A stretch of DNA of 64,000 bases from Amoebidium appalachense. Lineage: Eukaryota > Protista > Ichthyosporea. This document shows positions 57,052-64,000 of this stretch, piece by piece (within the stretch, counting starts at the first letter, position 1; every line of letters begins with the position of its first letter). Made by a program: the position numbers and the translations under genes. The stretch lies in assembly GCA_963693365.1 (NCBI GenBank), contig CAVNZM010000002.1:15471615-15535614 (forward strand). The letters run 5' to 3'. Below the pieces are notes generated by a model, which was not told where the DNA came from, did no database searches, and saw only the letters and a program-made list of their open reading frames with translations.

Positions 57052-58927
57052 TGTGTGCGTGCGCGCACGCGCGTGCGTGCTCATGTGTGTGTGTGCGTGC
57101 GTGTGTGTGTGCGTGTGTGCGTGTGAGTGTGTGTGTGTATATGTGTGAAAGGAGGGGAATGGAGGGAGGTTGAAATGATGTGGGGCTGAGGTGAAAAGGG
57201 AAGTGGAAGGGGAAAGGAGTTTGTTGGGGGTGCCGGTATGGGGTTGGGTTTATGTTCGTGCACATGTGGACGCCTTTTCACTTCATATGTCTTCTACGAG
57301 CACCTTATGTGTTCCGTGTAAGGGGCACAAAGGAACGATAGGGATAGTGCCCAGATATGCAGCCCCTTGATATTTTACCCTCCCCCCCCTTCCCCCCTCC
57401 CATCCCATACCCCACCTCCACCCCTCCCTTATCATACGCATCTACACGACAGCAATATTTGGAATCGTATACCAGCTCTCTTTGCCTATTCTGTAGAAAT
57501 GCAGCGTTTTTGAGTAATTGTGTGCTGCACTCTTTCTGTGTGTGGGGGAAGGGGCGGAGGGCGGGGGGGGGGGGGGGATGGGGGTGGTAGGAGGGGGGGG
57601 GAAGGAAGGGAGGGGCTTGCTATCACTTTGTGGTGCATATCTGGTTTGTTGCCATGCAAATCTACCCCGTTTCCTGATATGGCTATTTTTTGCAGTGCAA
57701 CCGGCAAGTCCAGCATGCTCATGCGCTTTACAGAAGACACCTTTGACCAGGAGCTAAATGCAACAATCGGTTGGTTTTGCCCCTCCCCCCCCCTCTCCGC
57801 CCAAAAACCTCCTCCCTTGGATTGAATCACGGGTACTGTGGATGACGTCCATATTTTTCTTGCTTCTGGTTCTGCTGCAACTTTAACCCCCGGCCTTTCC
57901 CACTGCCCTTGCCTGCATAAGCAACCCTGCTCGTCTCTGATCAAGACGGGTGTTCAAGTGAAACAGTATCTGAGTTGGGTTTCGTTAACGAGGTGAATAG
58001 GTCGAAACTCGGGTACTGTGGATGACGTGGGTTCCCCCTGAGGATGGGCTCTGCTTATTATGCATACTCTTTATGTATGGCTTGCATTCTGCATCGTGTT
58101 ATCCGTTTGTTCTTGTGTACTTCGTACTTTTTGACGCATTCAACCCCTCCCCCCCCCCCCCCCCCCCCCCCCCCCCTTCCCCCCTCCCCGCCCCTCCCCC
58201 CGGAGGATGGGCTCTGCTTATTTTTCATACCCTTTTATGGCCGCGTTCACACTGGGCGGATATGATAGGCCATGGATACTTGCAAGATTCCCGGGATAGG
58301 CCGAAATCAAAATGTTTTTTCTGAACTTTTTGTGTATATTTTTATAAAGTAAGACTTACAAAGTGCCGGCGCGGCACATATCCCACTTGCATATAAAATA
58401 GACCTACCCCCAACCCCCCGGCTAATTAATATCCCAACTGGCATATTTAATTAACCAAAAAAGGAAATTCGCCATCTCATATCCTCTCAATGTGAACAGC
58501 GATTTGGGGTATTTGAAATATCCCAATCGGATATTTGTTACCATATATGGCAGGTGGCATATCATATCCCGCCAGTGTGAACGCGGCCTATGTGTGGTTT
58601 GCACTCTACACCGTGTTGTCCGTTGTTTACGTGTGCTTCTTACTTTATGGCACATTCAGCCCCCCCCCCCCCCCTCCCCCCCCCCCCCCCCCCCCTCCCT
58701 GCCCGCCCTCTTCGTTCTCTGCCCGTCCCCCTTCCTCTCCCCCTCCGTTTCATTTCATATTGTGTTTGTTTGGGAGAAAACTCGGTCTGAAAGGTGGATG
58801 GTGCAGATGATAGGCCCCTCTTAGATGGGCTCAGCTACATAATTTGTTCGTGAGGTTTTTGCATGCTCTCGTATAATTCGAATTCGTATTTTTAGTTATT
58901 CATTATGCTCCTTACTGCATCCCCCCC

Positions 58928-58958
<31 letters not shown>

Positions 58959-59143
58959 AAAAAAAAAAAAAAAACACCCGCCCACAACCCGCCTCGGTAA
59001 AGCCTACACTTAACTTGTGATTTGCATGGACAATCATTGCAACCTTCCTCCCGTCCAATACGTAGCCTTGGAGCAAGTGCCTTGTATCTATTGTGTTCGT
59101 TGTTTTCTCTGCATGTCATCTTCACTACATTCTTTTGCCCGTC

Positions 59144-59191
<48 letters not shown>

Positions 59192-59397
59192 AAAAAAAAA
59201 AAGAAAAAAAGAAAGAAAGAAAGAGAAAAAGAAAAAGAAAAAGAAAAAGAAGCCACCACCCATCCACCCTTCCTCCCACCCTCCCACCCACCCACCCACC
59301 CTCCCTCCCTCATTCCCTCCCTCCCTCTCCCTCTCTCCCTCTCCCCCTCTCCCCCTCTCCCCCTCTCCCCCTCCCCCCTTCCCTCCCCCCCTCTCCC

Positions 59398-59434
<37 letters not shown>

Positions 59435-59846
59435 AAAAAAAGAAAATGGACTTTGAACTCAGGGACAACTAATAGGGCCTTATATTGTGTAAGCTGGGGC
59501 CGTGTTTGGACGGGGTGTCGTCTTTCTACCGACCTTTATGACATGTACTTACTATCATTACTAATGTAATCCATCCAGGGGTTGATTTCAAGGCAAAGGT
59601 GATGGATATTGATGGCAAACTGGTTAAGCTCACTATCTGGGTATGTCCCTCCCCCCCCCCCCCCCCCCCCCCCCCCGCGAAACCCATGCTTTTGTGGAGG
59701 CATAGGAATCCTACTGATGATGGGCTCTGTTCAAGTGTCTTCTGCCTGCACGCTAAAATTGTTTGATTTTGGATTTCCCACCTTTGTGATGCTTTGTTGT
59801 TGCTCTTTGTTGTCTCCTCCATATTTCCAACCCTCTAACACATGCA

Positions 59847-59879
<33 letters not shown>

Positions 59880-60580
59880 CCCCGCGGACCCCACACCCCT
59901 TTTTCCGGCTCCGTTCTCTCTGTTATCTCGCTATTCGAATGCAGATACAAAAGAACGAAATCTGTGTAGATAAATTACGACGCAAGGACTGTGTATGGGG
60001 GTGGTTTTTCGCCAGTTAGTAAGAAGGCAGCAGTATTTTCCGTTTGTCTGTGTGTGTGTGCCTGTCTGCCTGTGTGCGTGCCTTTGTGCGTGCCTGCGTG
60101 CCTGTGTGTGTGCCTGCATCGTGGGAATGGGAGGAGGGGGGAGGGGGGAGTCCAGTGTTGATGTCTCCGCTCTTTCTTGTCGGGAGAAAAAGGTGTGTGT
60201 GTAGGGGGGCGTGGGGGGAAGGGGGGGGGGGGGGGGGGGGGGGGGGCGGAGGAGGGGGGTTCGAAGTGAGTTTTTTTCTTATGTGCACCTTTGCAGGACA
60301 CGGCGGGACAGGAGAGATTCCGAACCCTGACTGCCAGCTACTACAGGGGGGCACACGGTGTCATTTTTGGTGATTCCTCCATTCCCCGGCCGAAGTTTCT
60401 CATGTCATCCATACCCCTTATCTTGCATTTTATCTATACTTGTACTAGCCTTTCCCAGCCTCTCGGTACCTTTGTTTTTTGTGTTTTTCCCCCTTGTTTT
60501 TTTCTTCTTCTCCTTCTGTGTCCCTAAAACTATCAACTATCATTACAATCATCATTATTTGTCGACCGGTGAGCGTGTGT

Positions 60581-60626
<46 letters not shown>

Positions 60627-60783
60627 GGGGGGGGGGGGGGGGGGGGATTTTCTGTTAGACCTACATGGCACCTTATGTGTGGAGATTAGCACAGGTATGA
60701 TGTGCGTCTTTTTCTTTCCCTTCCCTCCCCCACGCTTTTTTCTTCTTGTTTTTTTTTTCAGAGGACATGGAGGGTGGGGGGGT

Positions 60784-60817
<34 letters not shown>

Positions 60818-60938
60818 TGAAAGCCTGCCGTTTCCCCCGAGCACACTAGGCACACACACCACACATCCTCACGGACTCTTCAGAACCTGCATAGCAGTGA
60901 ACAGAAGTTTGCACAGGTAAATCTTCTGCCAAGTGCTA

Positions 60939-61034
<96 letters not shown>

Positions 61035-61042
61035 GCACACAT

Positions 61043-61078
<36 letters not shown>

Positions 61079-61097
61079 TCTCACACCCACATCCACA

Positions 61098-61147
<50 letters not shown>

Positions 61148-62177
61148 ACACACACACAGTGTACGATGTCACGCGCCGGGAGACCTTCACCAACATCACG
61201 GCGTGGCTGCAAGAGTTGAGCCACTATGCCACCGGGGGGGATGTTGTCAAGATGCTCGTAGGCAACAAAGTCGATTTGGTGCGTACTCTACCTTTTCCCT
61301 TGCCCGGACACACACAAAAGCAACACGCACCTGTACTCACACACACACACATGCATGCACGCACGCACGCACGCGCGCGCGCACACACACACACACAAAC
61401 TCACTCACACTCACACACACATACACACAGACACACACACACACACACACACATACACACACACACACACACACAGACACTTATACATACTCACACACAC
61501 ACACACCACAACGGTTTGCGTGTGCATGATCAGGCACACACAACACAAATGCTAAACCACAATCGCGACAACACCCAAGCTCCTCTATTCTTCCCGTATA
61601 CCTCAACGGTTTTCCCAGCTGTGGGCAAACAAAAACAACTCCATCCCCCCCCCCCCCCCCCCCCCCTCCCCCCCCTCCCCTTGCCCTTTCCCAAATCCCC
61701 CCCCCCCCCCCCGCCCCCCTTTGCATCATGGGCTCCGCACTGCACACAGCACACCGTCATCAGTGACACCAAATACGCACTGAGCCTAGCCCGTCTCACC
61801 CAGCGCAGCCCAGCCATACATCCCATTGCACATACGATAGCACAAGTACACTTGGGACATAAAAACACCCGCATGTTTCTTCATGGCTCATTCGACCACT
61901 CTCCCCCCACCCCCTTTCTTCCCCACCACACCATCACGCTCACCCCCGCCACTACCAAAAGAAACCTTGATGCCATGTTCTGATAGAGATTCCCGTCTCC
62001 TCCATTCCACTCCCCCGCCTCCCCCCCCAATTTCCCAACACACATCATCACCACCACCTTTTTATCCCATCGTTGCCTAGCCATGTACACCCACCAGCAC
62101 ACACATGCGCACACATAAGCGGGCTGGTGCCTGCAAACCTCCGCTTACACACACAAATATGCACACGCCACCCACTG

Positions 62178-62230
<53 letters not shown>

Positions 62231-62369
62231 GCCCATGCAGACAGGACAGAGGGAGGTAGACCGCAAGGAGGGAGAGGAGATGGCGATGGCCCATTCGATG
62301 CTATTTATAGAAGCCAGTGCAAAGACGAGTGTGGGTGTGGGCCAAGCATTTGAAGAGCTCGTGCACAAG
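56197..62369 (+). CDS. RAB18: Rab18-like small GTPase, 3'-incomplete (last exon not found in window)
   Basis: Exons 56197-56264, 57696-57769, 59579-59640, 60297-60369, 61160-61278, 62241-62369 join in frame: [93 protein letters not shown]. Confidence 0.9.
57830..58143 (+). mobile_element. Poly(C)-associated element copy E with rearranged 5' end (Rab18 intron)
   Basis: 57851-58143 matches ~925-1231 with small deletions. It is preceded by a duplicated internal piece CGGGTACTGTGGATGACGT (57830-48) and followed by poly(C). Confidence 0.85.
58203..58659 (+). mobile_element. Diverged poly(C)-associated element copy split by a MITE
   Basis: GAGGATGGGCTCTGCTTA..CATACCCTTTTAT resumes after the insertion as GTGTGGTTTGCACTCT...CACATTCAG + poly(C), collinear with 62568-62666. 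Confidence 0.7.
58239..58588. mobile_element. PIF/Harbinger-like MITE
   Basis: TIR GGCCGCGTTCACACTGG (17 bp perfect, extending imperfectly to ~29 bp); 3-bp TSD TAT at 58236-38 and 58589-91. Confidence 0.8.
59677..59847 (+). mobile_element. Poly(C)-associated element subfamily 2, short copy
   Basis: CGAAACCCATGCTTTTGTGGAGGCATAGGAA..CTGATGATGGGCTCTG...CTAACACAT matches 63467-63637; C tracts on both sides. Confidence 0.8.
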
Positions 62370-62375
62370 GTAACC

Positions 62376-62415
<40 letters not shown>

Positions 62416-62454
62416 TCTCCCCCCCCCTCCCCCCCCCCCCCCCCCCCTCTACCC

Positions 62455-62664
62455 CCCTGCTCATCTTTGATCAAAATGGGTGACCCAGCCATGTTCAAGT
62501 GCAACAGTATCTGAGTTGGGTTTCGTTGTCGAAACTCGGGTACTGTGGATAACGTGGCCTTCCCCCTGAGGATGGGCTCTGCTCATTATGCATACCCTTC
62601 ATGTGTGGTTTGCACTCTGCATCGTTTTGTCCGTTGTGTTTACTTCGTACTTACGAAGCATTCA

Positions 62665-62666
<2 letters not shown>
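62455..62666 (+). mobile_element. Diverged poly(C)-associated element copy G
   Basis: Collinear with ~1002-1232 with substitutions and a linker deletion; C tracts on both sides. Confidence 0.8.
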
Positions 62667-62708
<42 letters not shown>

Positions 62709-63257
62709 ACCCACCCACACACACACACACACTCGTCACCCTCCCCTCCCCTCCCCTCCCCTCTGCTTCCCTCCCCCCTCCCCCAACTGCCCCCACCTCC
62801 GATGTATCTCAGTCGTACCTATATCTATGGCTGTCACCTACCCAGCTTTTTACCCACTGACCCGTTTGCTTTTCATTTTGTCATTGCAAAAGGGCCCATG
62901 CTTTTTGATATGAGGGGCTCGTGCTTGTTGCACGTGTTTTACTATGTTGATATGTACTGATGAGATCTGGTGGGGGTATGCTGTGAACGATGTGCTGCAT
63001 AAGCCGTAGATATGCATTTGACATATCTTGACGTAGATATGCATTGGACATGTTAGGTAATACATGGTGCTAATTATTAGTATGTTTTTGTTTCAACCGG
63101 AAGTGATTCTTGTGGACCCCCCCCCCCCCTCCCCCCTCCCCCCGTCCCCCTTTCCCCCTCCCCCCTCTCCCCTTCCCCCCCCCCCCCCTCCCCTCCCCCT
63201 CTGCCCCCTCCCCCCCCCTCCCCCTTCCCTCCCTCCCCCTTCTCCATAGGTTAGGGA

Positions 63258-63637
63258 GTCGGGGAGCCTTGTAGAAGCCCGGCTTATGCTCTACTTCTCT
63301 GTTTGTTTTCTTTGTTTTTTGTCTGCTTGCAGTTTTTGTAGACTCTATTTTCTTAGATTGCTGCTCCTTGAACAACCCTGCTCGTCTTTGGCCAAGACGG
63401 GTGGACTCACCTATTGCTGTTGAAACAAAGTATGGATTGGGAACCACGCCCGAGAGGTTCAAGAGTCGAAACCCATGCTTTTGTGGAGGCATAGGAACCC
63501 CCCTGATGATGGGCTCTGTTCAATTGTCTCCTGCTGCACGCTTAAATTGTTTGATTTTGGATTTCCCACTTTTGTAACGTATTGTTGTTGCTCGTTGTTG
63601 TCTCCTCCATATTTCCAACCCCCTAACACATACATCA
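63258..63637 (+). mobile_element. Poly(C)-associated element subfamily 2, long copy
   Basis: Shares GGGGAGC..TAGAAGCCC, CAACCCTGCTCGTCT..CAAGACGGGTG, GTCGAAAC and CCCTGA.GATGGGCTCTG blocks with copy A in the same order; ends at poly(C). Confidence 0.75.
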
Positions 63638-63957
63638 CCCCCCCCCCCCCCCCCCCTCCCCCAACACCCCCGCCCTTCCCCCCCCCAACACACATAGACA
63701 CACACACACACACACTATCTCTCTCCTTGTGCCAGGCCAACACACCAACAGGCACAAGAAAAAAATGATGATGTGTAGACTGACCACCCATATTTTTTCC
63801 ATTGATGTATCCCTCCCTCCCCCTCACCACACAAAGGTAGCAAAAAATTTAAGAAGTAAGGGGAAATACACTCGCACCGATACGCACACGCGTGCACGTG
63901 GGCGCGCTCGCACATACACTCACACCCAAGCACACACACACACACACACACACTGAT

Positions 63958-64000
<43 letters not shown>

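Overview
Eukaryotic genomic DNA with GT-AG spliceosomal introns, extremely rich in G/C homopolymers and (CA)n/(GA)n microsatellites; most of the supplied ORF track is low-complexity noise. Genes reconstructed by hand: a 5'-incomplete DUF2009/UPF0652 gene (+), an orphan spliced gene (+), ZCCHC4 rRNA m6A methyltransferase (-), two intronless paralogous secreted beta-helix (GGA[I/V]/FxxN) proteins, an intronless trypsin, an orphan 7-TM protein, an F-box/LRR gene (-) and a 3'-incomplete Rab18 (+). ZCCHC4 together with DUF2009 suggests a non-animal opisthokont or protist (inference). Mobile DNA: about 12 variably 5'-truncated copies of a Penelope-like retroelement 3' end, nearly all abutting poly(C) tracts; a truncated LINE with a 16-bp TSD tail-to-tail with a tRNA-derived SINE that shares its 3' stem-loop; and Kolobok-like and Harbinger-like MITEs. 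The main discovery candidate lies in the poly(C)-associated element: a complete hammerhead ribozyme core (NUH, GAAA, CUGANGA, three stems, covariation between subfamilies) whose three strands occur in an order that is not type I, II or III and would fold as a triple pseudoknot. All structure and homology calls were made by eye.
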